A DNA stretch of 64,000 nt. Source: Escherichia coli. GTDB taxonomy: Bacteria; Pseudomonadota; Gammaproteobacteria; Enterobacterales; Enterobacteriaceae. The translations under genes and the position numbers were made by a program. Each line of letters opens with the position of its first letter. Position 1 is the stretch's first letter. Positions 40,371 through 50,219 of this stretch are shown piece after piece. Under the pieces are notes generated by a model that was not told where the DNA came from, ran no database searches, and worked only from the letters and a program-made list of their open reading frames with translations. The stretch lies in the NCBI RefSeq assembly GCF_050320075.1, contig NZ_CP190018.1; one strand, 5' to 3'.

Positions 40371-41405
40371 ATGAAAATTCGCATAATGCTATTTATATTA
40401 ATGATGATGGTTATGCCAGTGAGCTATGCAGCATGTTATAGTGAGTTATCTGTTCAGCACAATTTGGTTGTTCAGGGGGATTTTGCACTTACTCAAACAC
40501 AAATGGCGACCTATGAGCATAATTTTAATGATTCGTCATGCGTGAGTACAAATACTATCACCCCTATGAGCCCGTCGGATATTATTGTTGGACTTTATAA
40601 CGATACCATTAAATTAAATTTACATTTTGAATGGACCAATAAAAATAACATCACGTTGTCAAATAATCAGACCAGTTTCACCAATGGTTATTCGGTAACG
40701 GTGACACCTGCAGCCAGTAATGCAAAAGTGAATGTTTCTGCGGGGGGCGGCGGTTCAGTGATGATTAATGGAGTTGCGACATTATCCAGTGCTTCATCAT
40801 CGACACGCGGGAGTGCCGCAGTACAATTTCTACTGTGTTTATTAGGTGGCAAGTCATGGGATGCATGTGTAAATAGCTACAGAAATGCATTGGCACAAAA
40901 TGCAGGTGTCTATTCCTTTAATCTGGCATTGTCATATAACCCGATAACAACGACCTGCAAACCGGACGATTTATTAATTACTTTAGAGAGTACTCCCGTT
41001 TCACAATTACCAGCCACAGGTAACAAAGCAACAATAAATAGTAAAAAAGGAGATATTATTCTGCGTTGTAAAAATTTATTAGGTCAACAAAATCAAACAT
41101 CACGAAAAATGCAGGTGTATTTATCAAGTTCTGATTTGTGGGGCAGTAGTAACACGATCCTGAAAGGTGCGGAAGATAATGGCGTAGGGTTTATTCTTGA
41201 AAGTAATGGTTCGCCAGTCACACTTTTAAATATCACTAACAGCAGTAAAGGATATACAAATTTAAAGGAAGTTGCTGCGAAGTCAAAACTTACAGATACA
41301 ACGGTTTCAATTCCGATAACTGCCAGTTACTACGTCTACGATACAAACAAAGTTAAATCTGGCGCACTGGAGGCAACCGCATTAATCAACGTGAAATACG
41401 ACTAA
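40371..41405 (+). CDS. yehA: Fimbrial adhesin-like subunit
   Basis: 344 aa, signal peptide. Last gene of the fimbrial operon. Confidence 0.8.
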   Translation: MKIRIMLFILMMMVMPVSYAACYSELSVQHNLVVQGDFALTQTQMATYEHNFNDSSCVSTNTITPMSPSDIIVGLYNDTIKLNLHFEWTNKNNITLSNNQTSFTNGYSVTVTPAASNAKVNVSAGGGGSVMINGVATLSSASSSTRGSAAVQFLLCLLGGKSWDACVNSYRNALAQNAGVYSFNLALSYNPITTTCKPDDLLITLESTPVSQLPATGNKATINSKKGDIILRCKNLLGQQNQTSRKMQVYLSSSDLWGSSNTILKGAEDNGVGFILESNGSPVTLLNITNSSKGYTNLKEVAAKSKLTDTTVSIPITASYYVYDTNKVKSGALEATALINVKYD

Positions 41406-41454
41406 TAACAAGCAAGACGAGCAAGTGGCTAATAATAAAAAATAACAAGGTGTC

Positions 41455-41487
41455 TGCATTTCCCCCTCATGATGAGGGGGCTTTTTT
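41455..41487 (+). terminator. Intrinsic terminator after yehA
   Basis: Hairpin tccccctcatgatgaggggg followed by ttttttt. Abuts the rcnB stop on the opposite strand. Confidence 0.7.
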
Positions 41488-41825
41488 TAGCGATGATAAA
41501 AAATCTCACCGTCGTAGGCTTTAATGATTTTACCGTCGGTGTCGCTGATCAACACGTACGCGCCACCCATATAGGTCCAGTGCGTCCCGGCATCAGGCGC
41601 GGGCAGGTTACGTAACTGCCACTGCTTAATGTTGTACTCATCGGTGCGGTACATCTCTGGGACGGTATCGCCTGGTTTGAAATGCTTAAAGTCAGCAATG
41701 AAACTGCTTAACTCATACTTAGAAATTCCCGAGGTATTGGTCGAACCCGCGGTGGCTGGTGCGGCCCAGGCGGCACTGGTAACCAGCAAAAGCGCACCCA
41801 GCAACATCTTATTTTTAATGGTCAT
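41487..41825 (-). CDS. rcnB: Periplasmic nickel/cobalt homeostasis protein
   Basis: ORF 41487..42005. Start at MTIKNKMLLGALLLVTSAAWA signal peptide gives 112 aa. Confidence 0.8.
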   Translation of the reverse strand: MTIKNKMLLGALLLVTSAAWAAPATAGSTNTSGISKYELSSFIADFKHFKPGDTVPEMYRTDEYNIKQWQLRNLPAPDAGTHWTYMGGAYVLISDTDGKIIKAYDGEIFYHR

Positions 41826-42043
41826 AAACTCTCCACTTTGGGGATCTGTAATATCAGTCGCATATCTTTCCTGCCATACAATATAACTGGCAAGCGATAT
41901 TTTGTTAGTGATCCCATGATTTCGTAAAAAGTGTAAATGAAAGGATGCCCTAAAAGCATCCTTAGCGAGCAGAGAGTCAGCGGAAATAGCTGATTTAAGA
42001 ATCATCCTGGGCTGAAGATAACATGCAAGCCTAAAGGATTGAG

Positions 42044-42868
42044 TTATCGCATTATGCCCATGAAGCCATGTACGCCCATATACACACCAACTAAGCCAAT
42101 CAACAGACTGGAAAAATAGGGGGCGCGTTTAGCGAGAGTGTTAAATCCGCTCCAGCGTTTTGCGACCTGCTGAACGCTGATTGCTGCGCCAACGCCTACG
42201 GTGACAAGCGTTAACGCCAGGCCAATGCTGAAACTGACGACCAGTGTTGCGCCCAGTGTCAGGGCTTTCAACTGAATGCATATCAACAGCACGGTAATTG
42301 CTGCCGGGCAGGGGATAAGGCCACCGGTTAAGCCAAATAGCAAAATTTGCCAGTTGGTGACCTCTCTACCATCAAAGCGTCGTTTAATGTCATTGGCATG
42401 GGCTCGTGCATGGGCATCCTGATACTCGCCATGTTCGTGATGGTGATGATGTCCATGGTCGTGGTGATCTTCGTGATCGTGGTGATGATGCTCATGATCA
42501 TGCTCGTGCATATTCTCCAGCCAGTTTCGTTCGCCGCGCCAGGTACGCCAGAACATCCAGAACGCGGTGCCAATAATGATCACTGCGGAAATCAACTGGA
42601 GCCACGGTTCTGCTGATTGAGCAGTAAAGCGCTTGCTGATCACCATCCCGCCAAAGGCAATCAACCAGACCACTGCGGTATGCGAAATGGTTGCTGCCAG
42701 TCCGAGCATCACCGCCTGTTTAATGGTGCCTTTGATGGCGATGATAAACGCCGCCATCATCGTTTTTGAGTGCCCTGGTTCCAGGCCATGAAGCGCACCA
42801 AGTAAGATGGCGCTGGGGATGAAGAACCAGGCGTTTCCTTGCTGAAGAAGAGTTGTAAATTCGGTCAT
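42044..42868 (-). CDS. rcnA: Nickel/cobalt efflux pump with His-rich loop
   Basis: 274 aa. Membrane protein with HEHDHEHHHHDHEDHHDHGHHHHHEH loop. Confidence 0.9.
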   Translation of the reverse strand: MTEFTTLLQQGNAWFFIPSAILLGALHGLEPGHSKTMMAAFIIAIKGTIKQAVMLGLAATISHTAVVWLIAFGGMVISKRFTAQSAEPWLQLISAVIIIGTAFWMFWRTWRGERNWLENMHEHDHEHHHHDHEDHHDHGHHHHHEHGEYQDAHARAHANDIKRRFDGREVTNWQILLFGLTGGLIPCPAAITVLLICIQLKALTLGATLVVSFSIGLALTLVTVGVGAAISVQQVAKRWSGFNTLAKRAPYFSSLLIGLVGVYMGVHGFMGIMR

Positions 42869-42905
42869 GATAATAATTCTTAGTATTAATTTGGCAATCT
42901 GATTC

Positions 42906-42940
42906 TACTCCCCCCCAGTACCTGATACTACCCCCCAGTA
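42906..42940. promoter_or_regulatory. Tandem RcnR operator sites in the rcnA-rcnR divergent region
   Basis: Two TACT-C/G tract-AGTA palindromes (tactcccccccagta and tactaccccccagta), matching the described RcnR TACT-G6-N-AGTA site. Confidence 0.75.
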
Positions 42941-42988
42941 GATTAATAGTGCTATGATTTTTCATATTCTTATTAACCAGGTGTTGCC

Positions 42989-43261
42989 ATGTCTCATACC
43001 ATCCGTGATAAACAGAAACTGAAAGCGCGTGCCAGTAAGATTCAGGGCCAGGTCGTGGCGCTCAAGAAAATGCTCGACGAGCCGCACGAATGTGCTGCAG
43101 TTTTACAACAGATTGCTGCTATCCGTGGCGCGGTAAACGGTCTGATGCGGGAAGTGATTAAAGGTCATCTGACGGAACACATCGTTCACCAGGGGGATGA
43201 GCTAAAACGTGAAGAAGATCTGGATGTCGTTCTGAAGGTGCTGGATTCTTATATCAAATAA
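42989..43261 (+). CDS. rcnR: Ni/Co-responsive repressor (CsoR/RcnR family)
   Basis: 90 aa, divergent from rcnA. Confidence 0.9.
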
Positions 43262-43359
43262 TTTATTAACGCGATTGTAAAACTGCGGTTTTTACTCGTT
43301 TACAACGCGTGCGCTGGACATTACCATCCTCCTCTGCGATTTATCATCGCAATCAAACG

Positions 43360-43483
43360 ACTCGGGGTGCCCTTCTGCGTGAAGGCTGAGAAATACCCGT
43401 ATCACCTGATCTGGATAATGCCAGCGTAGGGAAGTCACGGACCACCAGGTCATTGCTTCTTCACGTTATGGCAGGAGCAAACT
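43360..43483 (+). promoter_or_regulatory. TPP (thi-box) riboswitch in thiM leader
   Basis: ggggtgcccttctgcgtgaaggctgagaaatacccgtatcacctgatctggataatgccagcgtagggaagtc carries the conserved CUGAGA and thi-box elements. Ends at the thiM SD/start. Confidence 0.9.
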
Positions 43484-44272
43484 ATGCAAGTCGACCTGCT
43501 GAGTTCCGCGCAATCTGCGCACGCGTTACATCTTTTTCACCAACATTCCCCTCTTGTGCACTGCATGACCAACGATGTGGTGCAAACCTTTACTGCCAAT
43601 ACCTTGCTGGCGCTCGGTGCATCCCCAGCGATGGTTATCGAAACCGAAGAGGCCAGTCAGTTTGCGGCTATCGCCAGTGCGTTGCTGATTAACGTTGGCA
43701 CGCTGACGCAGCCACGCGCACAGGCGATGCGTGCCGCCATTGAACAGGCAAAACGCTCTCAAACACCCTGGACGCTTGATCCAGTAGCGGTGGGTGCACT
43801 CGATTATCGCCGCCGTTTTTGTCTGGAACTTCTGTCTCATAAGCCAACCGCCATACGTGGTAATGCTTCGGAAATCATGGCATTAGCTGGCGTTGCTAAT
43901 GGTGGACGGGGAGTGGATACCACTGACGCCGCAGCTAATGCGATACCCGCTGCACAAACACTGGCACGGGAAACTGGCGCAATCGTCGTGGTCACTGGCG
44001 AGATGGATTATGTTACCGATGGACATCGTATCATTGGTATTCACGGTGGCGATCCGTTAATGACCAAAGTGGTAGGAACTGGCTGTGCATTATCGGCGGT
44101 TGTCGCTGCCTGTTGTGCGCTACCAGGCGATACGCTGGAAAATATCGCATCTGCCTGTCACTGGATGAAACAAGCCGGAGAACGCGCAGTCGCCAGTAGC
44201 GAGGGGCCAGGCAGTTTTGTTCCACATTTCCTTGATGCGCTCTGGCAATTGACGCCGGAGGTGCAGGCATGA
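43484..44272 (+). CDS. thiM: Hydroxyethylthiazole kinase
   Basis: 262 aa, downstream of the TPP riboswitch. Confidence 0.9.
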   Translation: MQVDLLSSAQSAHALHLFHQHSPLVHCMTNDVVQTFTANTLLALGASPAMVIETEEASQFAAIASALLINVGTLTQPRAQAMRAAIEQAKRSQTPWTLDPVAVGALDYRRRFCLELLSHKPTAIRGNASEIMALAGVANGGRGVDTTDAAANAIPAAQTLARETGAIVVVTGEMDYVTDGHRIIGIHGGDPLMTKVVGTGCALSAVVAACCALPGDTLENIASACHWMKQAGERAVASSEGPGSFVPHFLDALWQLTPEVQA

Positions 44273-45069
44273 AACGAATTAACGCTCTGACGATTGCCGG
44301 TACTGATCCGAGTGGTGGTGCGGGGATTCAGGCCGATCTTAAAACCTTCTCGGCACTTGGCGCTTATGGTTGCTCAGTGATTACTGCACTGGTGGCGCAA
44401 AATACCCGTGGCGTACAGTCGGTGTATCGCATTGAGCCTGATTTTGTCGCTGCCCAGCTCGATTCGGTGTTCAGCGATGTGCGAATCGACACCACTAAAA
44501 TCGGTATGTTGGCGGAAACCGATATTGTTGAAGCGGTGGCAGAACGGTTGCAACGTTATCAGATCCAAAACGTGGTACTCGACACCGTTATGCTGGCAAA
44601 AAGCGGCGACCCGCTGCTTTCACCTTCGGCGGTTGCTACGCTGCGCAGTCGATTATTGCCACAGGTTTCATTAATAACGCCAAACTTGCCCGAAGCTGCT
44701 GCCTTGCTCGACGCGCCACACGCGCGCACCGAACAGGAAATGCTGGAACAAGGGCGATCGCTGTTGGCGATGGGCTGTGGCGCAGTGCTAATGAAAGGTG
44801 GTCATCTGGATGATGAGCAAAGCCCTGACTGGCTGTTTACTCGTGAGGGGGAACAACGATTTACTGCACCGCGCATTATGACCCAAAACACCCACGGCAC
44901 TGGTTGTACGCTCTCTGCGGCGTTGGCTGCACTACGCCCGCGCCATACAAACTGGGCTGACACCGTACAGGAGGCAAAAAGCTGGCTTTCATCGGCGTTA
45001 GCCCAGGCCGACACGCTGGAAGTTGGTCACGGTATTGGTCCGGTTCACCACTTCCACGCCTGGTGGTGA
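44269..45069 (+). CDS. thiD: Hydroxymethylpyrimidine/phosphomethylpyrimidine kinase
   Basis: 266 aa. ATGA overlap with thiM. Confidence 0.9.
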   Translation: MKRINALTIAGTDPSGGAGIQADLKTFSALGAYGCSVITALVAQNTRGVQSVYRIEPDFVAAQLDSVFSDVRIDTTKIGMLAETDIVEAVAERLQRYQIQNVVLDTVMLAKSGDPLLSPSAVATLRSRLLPQVSLITPNLPEAAALLDAPHARTEQEMLEQGRSLLAMGCGAVLMKGGHLDDEQSPDWLFTREGEQRFTAPRIMTQNTHGTGCTLSAALAALRPRHTNWADTVQEAKSWLSSALAQADTLEVGHGIGPVHHFHAWW

Positions 45070-45124
45070 GCACCGTACTATAGCTGCTTTGGTTATTGTC
45101 AGCCTTTGGCACTGACATTCAGGG

Positions 45125-45952
45125 ATGAAACCAATGCAGCTAAGAATCACCAGTCGAAAAAAACTCACCGCTTTATTATGCGCTCTTGGGCTAATTTCCA
45201 TCGTTGCGATTCATCCGCGTCAGACGGTGAATTTTTTCTATTCGACAGCAATTCAGATTAAAGACTACATCCACTTCTACGGTTATCGCCCGGTTAAATC
45301 TTTCGCTATTCGCATTCCTGCCAGTTACACCATTCACGGAATAGATGTTTCGCGCTGGCAGGAGCGAATCGACTGGCAGCGGGTGGCAAAAATGCGCGAT
45401 AACGGTATTCGCTTGCAATTTGCCTTTATCAAGGCGACGGAAGGCGAAAAGCTGGTGGACCCCTATTTTTCGCGTAACTGGCAACTAAGCCGCGAAAATG
45501 GCCTGCTGCGCGGGGCGTATCATTATTTTTCCCCGTCGGTATCCGCTTCAGTTCAGGCGAGATTATTTCTGCAAACGGTGGATTTCTCACAAGGCGATTT
45601 CCCTGCCGTGCTGGACGTAGAAGAACGGGGAAAATTATCGGCAAAAGAATTACGCAAGCGGGTAAGTCAGTGGCTAAAAATGGTCGAAAAAAGTACGGGG
45701 AAAAAGCCGATTATTTACTCAGGAGCCGTTTTTTATCACACGAATCTGGCGGGCTATTTCAATGAATATCCGTGGTGGGTGGCTCATTACTATCAACGTC
45801 GTCCGGACAATGACGGAATGGCCTGGCGCTTCTGGCAGCATTCCGACCGTGGACAGGTAGATGGCATCAATGGTCCGGTGGATTTTAATGTATTTAATGG
45901 CACGGTGGAGGAGTTGCAGGCATTCGTTGATGGGATTAAAGAAACGCCTTAA
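45125..45952 (+). CDS. yegX: GH25 (lysozyme-like) family hydrolase
   Basis: 275 aa. GH25-like sequence with N-terminal hydrophobic segment. Confidence 0.75.
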   Translation: MKPMQLRITSRKKLTALLCALGLISIVAIHPRQTVNFFYSTAIQIKDYIHFYGYRPVKSFAIRIPASYTIHGIDVSRWQERIDWQRVAKMRDNGIRLQFAFIKATEGEKLVDPYFSRNWQLSRENGLLRGAYHYFSPSVSASVQARLFLQTVDFSQGDFPAVLDVEERGKLSAKELRKRVSQWLKMVEKSTGKKPIIYSGAVFYHTNLAGYFNEYPWWVAHYYQRRPDNDGMAWRFWQHSDRGQVDGINGPVDFNVFNGTVEELQAFVDGIKETP

Positions 45953-46003
45953 ATAAGAAGCAGTGATATACTCCCACCAGACTCCCTGGCAGGAAAAAGA
46001 CAA

Positions 46004-46750
46004 ATGGAACAAGCGCATACCCAGCTGATTGCCCAACTGAACGAACGTATTTTAGCGGCGGATAACACGCCGCTTTATATTAAGTTTGCCGAAACGGTAA
46101 AAAATGCCGTGCGCAGCGGGGTGCTGGAGCATGGCAATATTTTGCCCGGTGAGCGTGATTTAAGTCAGTTAACCGGCGTTTCGCGCATTACGGTGCGCAA
46201 GGCGATGCAGGCGCTGGAAGAAGAGGGCGTGGTGACGCGTTCGCGTGGTTACGGTACGCAGATCAACAACATCTTCGAATACTCGTTGAAAGAAGCGCGA
46301 GGTTTTTCTCAGCAGGTGGTATTGCGCGGGAAAAAGCCCGATACACTATGGGTTAACAAGCGTGTCGTGAAATGTCCCGAAGAAGTCGCGCAGCAGCTAG
46401 CGGTCGAAGCAGGAAGTAATGTCTTTTTGCTTAAGCGTATTCGCTATGTCGATGAAGAAGCGGTATCAATTGAGGAATCGTGGGTTCCTGCGCATTTAAT
46501 TCATGATGTTGATGCCATCGGAATTTCTCTTTATGACTACTTCCGCAGCCAGCACATTTACCCACAACGTACGCGTTCCCGCGTTAGCGCCCGGATGCCG
46601 GATGCCGAGTTTCAGTCACATATTCAGTTAGATAGCAAAATACCGGTGCTGGTGATCAAGCAAGTGGCGCTTGACCAACAGCAACGGCCTATTGAGTACA
46701 GCATCAGCCACTGTCGCAGCGATCTATACGTTTTTGTGTGCGAGGAGTAG
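46004..46750 (+). CDS. yegW: GntR-family transcriptional regulator
   Basis: 248 aa. N-terminal GntR HTH with UTRA-type C-terminal domain. Confidence 0.8.
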   Translation: MEQAHTQLIAQLNERILAADNTPLYIKFAETVKNAVRSGVLEHGNILPGERDLSQLTGVSRITVRKAMQALEEEGVVTRSRGYGTQINNIFEYSLKEARGFSQQVVLRGKKPDTLWVNKRVVKCPEEVAQQLAVEAGSNVFLLKRIRYVDEEAVSIEESWVPAHLIHDVDAIGISLYDYFRSQHIYPQRTRSRVSARMPDAEFQSHIQLDSKIPVLVIKQVALDQQQRPIEYSISHCRSDLYVFVCEE

Positions 46751-47689
46751 TTCCTCGCGCGTTGGCGCACAATCACCGCCCCGATGCCCGACAACCCACG
46801 ACGCCACTGCATTGCCCAGTAATACGGCATCCGCCAGTGGCAGACCAGAGGCTAGCCCGGCAAGTACGCCACCTGCATGACTGTCGCCCGCCCCAATGGT
46901 GTCTACTACTTGCGTTGGAAATGCCGGAATGCAGCCAGAAGCGTCGTTGCTGAAATACCATGCGCCCTCTTTATCGAGACGAATGATCAACGGCGCGGCA
47001 AATTTCTCCTGCCATTGCTTGCCAAGTGTTGTTATCTCTGCGGATAAAGCAAAACGTTCGGCGGCAATCTCAGCCTCCTGACGATTGAGTGACACTAAAG
47101 GTCGACAGGCCATGATCCGCGCCAGCAATGCATCCGGGATATCGCCAATACGTGGGCCAAAATCGATAAACGGCGTCACGTCTTGCAGCTTTTCCAGCCA
47201 TTCCACTAATAATTCGCCGCAGGGCGAGGCCAGTTGATAACCGGAAAAATAGAGCAGGCTGCCAGGCGCAACGGTTAATCGCGCCAGCCACTGGCGATTC
47301 CACTGATTTTCCACACCGCTGAATGACATAAAAGTGCGTTCGCCATCCGGCTCAACCAGCGCCAGACACCAGCCGTTATCACCTTCGGCGTTATCGATCA
47401 GGCTGATTAAGCCCTCTTTTGCCATCCGGTTGCGAATAATCTCCGCCCACACGCCCTGACCGAGCGGCAAGGCGTTACCCGCTTCGATGCCGAGGCGCTT
47501 TAACGCCACGGCAATATTCAGTGCGCAGCCGCCAACGTTAACGCTCTGCTGTTTCAGTTCGATATCGCACCCACGCCAGGGGAGGGCATAAGCGTCGGCG
47601 ATCACATCAATGACCGCCGCGCCAATCACCATAACTGGCTGACGCGTGGTTAATTCAGGCAGCAGCGTGTGTAATCGAGCGCCGCTCAT
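46724..47689 (-). CDS. yegV: PfkB/ribokinase-family sugar kinase
   Basis: 321 aa. PfkB motifs (GGCALN, DTIGAGD). 3' end overlaps convergent yegW by 27 nt. Confidence 0.8.
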   Translation of the reverse strand: MSGARLHTLLPELTTRQPVMVIGAAVIDVIADAYALPWRGCDIELKQQSVNVGGCALNIAVALKRLGIEAGNALPLGQGVWAEIIRNRMAKEGLISLIDNAEGDNGWCLALVEPDGERTFMSFSGVENQWNRQWLARLTVAPGSLLYFSGYQLASPCGELLVEWLEKLQDVTPFIDFGPRIGDIPDALLARIMACRPLVSLNRQEAEIAAERFALSAEITTLGKQWQEKFAAPLIIRLDKEGAWYFSNDASGCIPAFPTQVVDTIGAGDSHAGGVLAGLASGLPLADAVLLGNAVASWVVGHRGGDCAPTREELLLAHKNV

Positions 47690-48690
47690 ACCGCCTCCCG
47701 TTGTTGACGATATTTCGCCAGCGCTGTGGCATAGCGGTTGAAATCAAGCTGATTTACCGCATCCAGCTCCGCCTTTAACGCAGGATCGATAGCGTTAATG
47801 CCATGCAACGCGCCGCAGATTGCCGTCGCCATAGCACCGATGGTGTCTGTATCGCCGCCAAGGTTAGCGCAGAGGACGGCGCAACGGTTCGGATCGGTTT
47901 GTGCCAGTTCAACCAGCGCAATGGCGCACGGAACGGACTCAATAGTGCTGGTACCTGCGCCAACGACCTGGTAAAGCTGTTCGCTGGCGGATTCGGTGCC
48001 GTCGGCATTGCGCACAATTTTCAGCGCAATCTCCAGCCGCGCCGCCAGTGAGGCGCTGAAGGTGGTGATGCGTTTTTGCTGTGCATGTCGCGCAATCGAG
48101 GGTAGAGAATCAACAATCGCTGACCAGCTTTCTCCGTCAATGGCACGGGAAATCGCCCATGCGATGACTACCGCACCTGCAACCGCCAGATCGGATTTAT
48201 GGGTCGGGCTGGACGCCAGCGCCACATCATCAATAAAGGAATCAACATCGCGCGCCGGAAGCAAACAACCTAATGGCGAGACGCGCATCGCTGCGCCGTT
48301 GGTCACGCCATTGTTTTCCAGTTCAGCAACGGGTTTACCGTCGCGAATGGCGTTAAGCGCAATCTTCGAGGTCGGACCTAGTACGTTTTTGTTAAAGGCG
48401 TCGAAACGCAGCGCCCAGTCGAGAATATTACGCCCAATCAGATCCGGATCGATCTTGCCTTTACGTTCCAGTAACGCATCCGCCAGACACAGCGCCATCG
48501 AGGTATCGTCGGTGAATTCGGCGCGGTTAAAATAACAGGCCGCGTTATTCTCCTTTGGTCCAGGCAGAAAACGGTCAATACAGCCAAAGTGTGCTTTAAC
48601 GCGGCTGCGTGGCCAAAGCTCGGAGGGCATCCCCATCGCATCCCCTAACGCCTGCCCATAAAGAGCACCGAGAATACGTTCTGTTTTCAT
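47686..48690 (-). CDS. yegU: ADP-ribosylglycohydrolase family protein
   Basis: 334 aa. DraG/ARH-like sequence. ATGA overlap with yegV. Confidence 0.8.
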   Translation of the reverse strand: MKTERILGALYGQALGDAMGMPSELWPRSRVKAHFGCIDRFLPGPKENNAACYFNRAEFTDDTSMALCLADALLERKGKIDPDLIGRNILDWALRFDAFNKNVLGPTSKIALNAIRDGKPVAELENNGVTNGAAMRVSPLGCLLPARDVDSFIDDVALASSPTHKSDLAVAGAVVIAWAISRAIDGESWSAIVDSLPSIARHAQQKRITTFSASLAARLEIALKIVRNADGTESASEQLYQVVGAGTSTIESVPCAIALVELAQTDPNRCAVLCANLGGDTDTIGAMATAICGALHGINAIDPALKAELDAVNQLDFNRYATALAKYRQQREAV

Positions 48691-49964
48691 TTAACTTCCC
48701 CTTGTGTCAACGCAATATCGCGATCATCGACCTTGATAGCCGTAATTTCGTTGTCGGATTCGCGGAAAAAAATCATGAACAGCACGGCGATAATGGCAAT
48801 CATCACCGCGCCAAAAGTCCACATCCCGGCCCAGTTGAAAGTCAGTCCGTTTACCGGTTCCTGATAAGCGAACATCTTTTCCATCATCACACCGCCAAGA
48901 CGATAGCCGAGCAAACTGCCGAAGCCCTGGCAGCAGAGCGTGATCAGCCCCTGCGCGGCGGTACGCATATGCACGGGGGCTTTTTTATCGACATAGATGT
49001 AAGCGGTAACGTAGTAAAAATCGTAACTTACGCCGTGAAGCAAAATGCCGAGGAACAGTAACGCGTAGGTGAAATATTCATCCGCACTACCGTAAATAAA
49101 GAAGCCATAGCGGATCGCAGCGGTGACCAGACCAAGTAATAATACCTTTTTGATACCAAAGCGTTTGGTAAAAAACGGCAATGCCAGCATAAAGAAGATT
49201 TCAGAGAACTGGCCGAGCGTCATCCAGCCAGTGGCGTTTTTCATGCCAACTTCGGTCAGATAACCGTTGGCAAAGATGTAATAGAACGCCAGTGGCATCG
49301 CAAACAGAAATGAACAGAAGAAAAAGACGAGGAAGTTTTTATCGCGCAGCAGGATCAGCGCATCCAGGCCGAGCATGACTTTAATGTCCATTTTGCCGGT
49401 GCTTTTTGGCGGCGTGTCGGGCAGGAAAAACGCAAACACACCGAGCAGAGCAGAACTTCCGGCGGTAATCAGCAGCGGGATGTTAGTCGGAGAGATATCG
49501 GCATAACCCAGCATTTGCGGCAAAAATCCACATGCCAGACCGGAGGCAATCCAGCCGATAGTGCCCATCACACGAATGCGTGGGAAATCACGCTCCACAT
49601 CCGGCACGTTGGCAAAAGCGATACTGTTAGTCAGCGCAATGGTCGGCATATAGGTTAGCGAGTAGGCCAGCAGTAACGGGAAGAACCCGGCAAAAGTGGT
49701 CTGTTGCGCAGCGAAATACATCAGCGCCGCACCAGCGAACATCAATACCGCCAGCACTTTCTGCGCCGAGAAAAAGCGGTCAGTGATGGAGCCAACCAGA
49801 ATTGGCGACAGGATCGCCGCAATGGCGGTACAGGCATACGACCAGCCAATTTCTCCGGCACTAAAACCGCTTTTACTTAACCACAACCACAATGGCACAA
49901 ACCACGCGCCCCAGATAAACCATTCAACAAACATCATGAACGACAGCTTTGCTGTTGTTTTCAT
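48687..49964 (-). CDS. yegT: Nucleoside:H+ symporter family transporter (MFS)
   Basis: 425 aa polytopic membrane protein. ATGA overlap with yegU. Confidence 0.8.
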   Translation of the reverse strand: MKTTAKLSFMMFVEWFIWGAWFVPLWLWLSKSGFSAGEIGWSYACTAIAAILSPILVGSITDRFFSAQKVLAVLMFAGAALMYFAAQQTTFAGFFPLLLAYSLTYMPTIALTNSIAFANVPDVERDFPRIRVMGTIGWIASGLACGFLPQMLGYADISPTNIPLLITAGSSALLGVFAFFLPDTPPKSTGKMDIKVMLGLDALILLRDKNFLVFFFCSFLFAMPLAFYYIFANGYLTEVGMKNATGWMTLGQFSEIFFMLALPFFTKRFGIKKVLLLGLVTAAIRYGFFIYGSADEYFTYALLFLGILLHGVSYDFYYVTAYIYVDKKAPVHMRTAAQGLITLCCQGFGSLLGYRLGGVMMEKMFAYQEPVNGLTFNWAGMWTFGAVMIAIIAVLFMIFFRESDNEITAIKVDDRDIALTQGEVK

Positions 49965-50219
49965 CTTTTAATTCCTTCATGACAGGTAATGTAAGGTACG
50001 CGATGACAATACCATTTAATAATACCTTTTAAATACCTTTGCGGTGAAAACTTGACCGCGATAACATTTTTTCTGATGAATCGAGCCAACAGAAAACGCT
50101 GAAAAACATCCAAAAGATGGAAAAACTCGCCTGTAACGACCAGGATTATGATTGCCCGCAAAAGGCGGGCCAGGACAATCCATAGCCGATATCCAATCGG
50201 AATTTACGGGAGCATAGTA

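Noticed and set aside
41487-42005. Long (172-aa) version of rcnB with a 60-aa N-terminal extension
   Set aside because: The extension precedes an obvious signal peptide (MTIKNKMLLGALLLVTSAAWA). The shorter 112-aa form is the sensible gene.
42328-42616. Two small ORFs (75-90 aa) overlapping the rcnA His-rich loop region on both strands
   Set aside because: They are artefacts of the repetitive CAY/GTG codon run encoding the His-rich loop.
47686-48690. Functional link between the ADP-ribosylglycohydrolase yegU and the WGR (PARP-associated) domain paralogs
   Set aside because: The genes are more than 20 kb apart and separated by unrelated housekeeping, fimbrial and metal-homeostasis genes. Co-localisation is probably coincidental, though it is testable by co-occurrence analysis.
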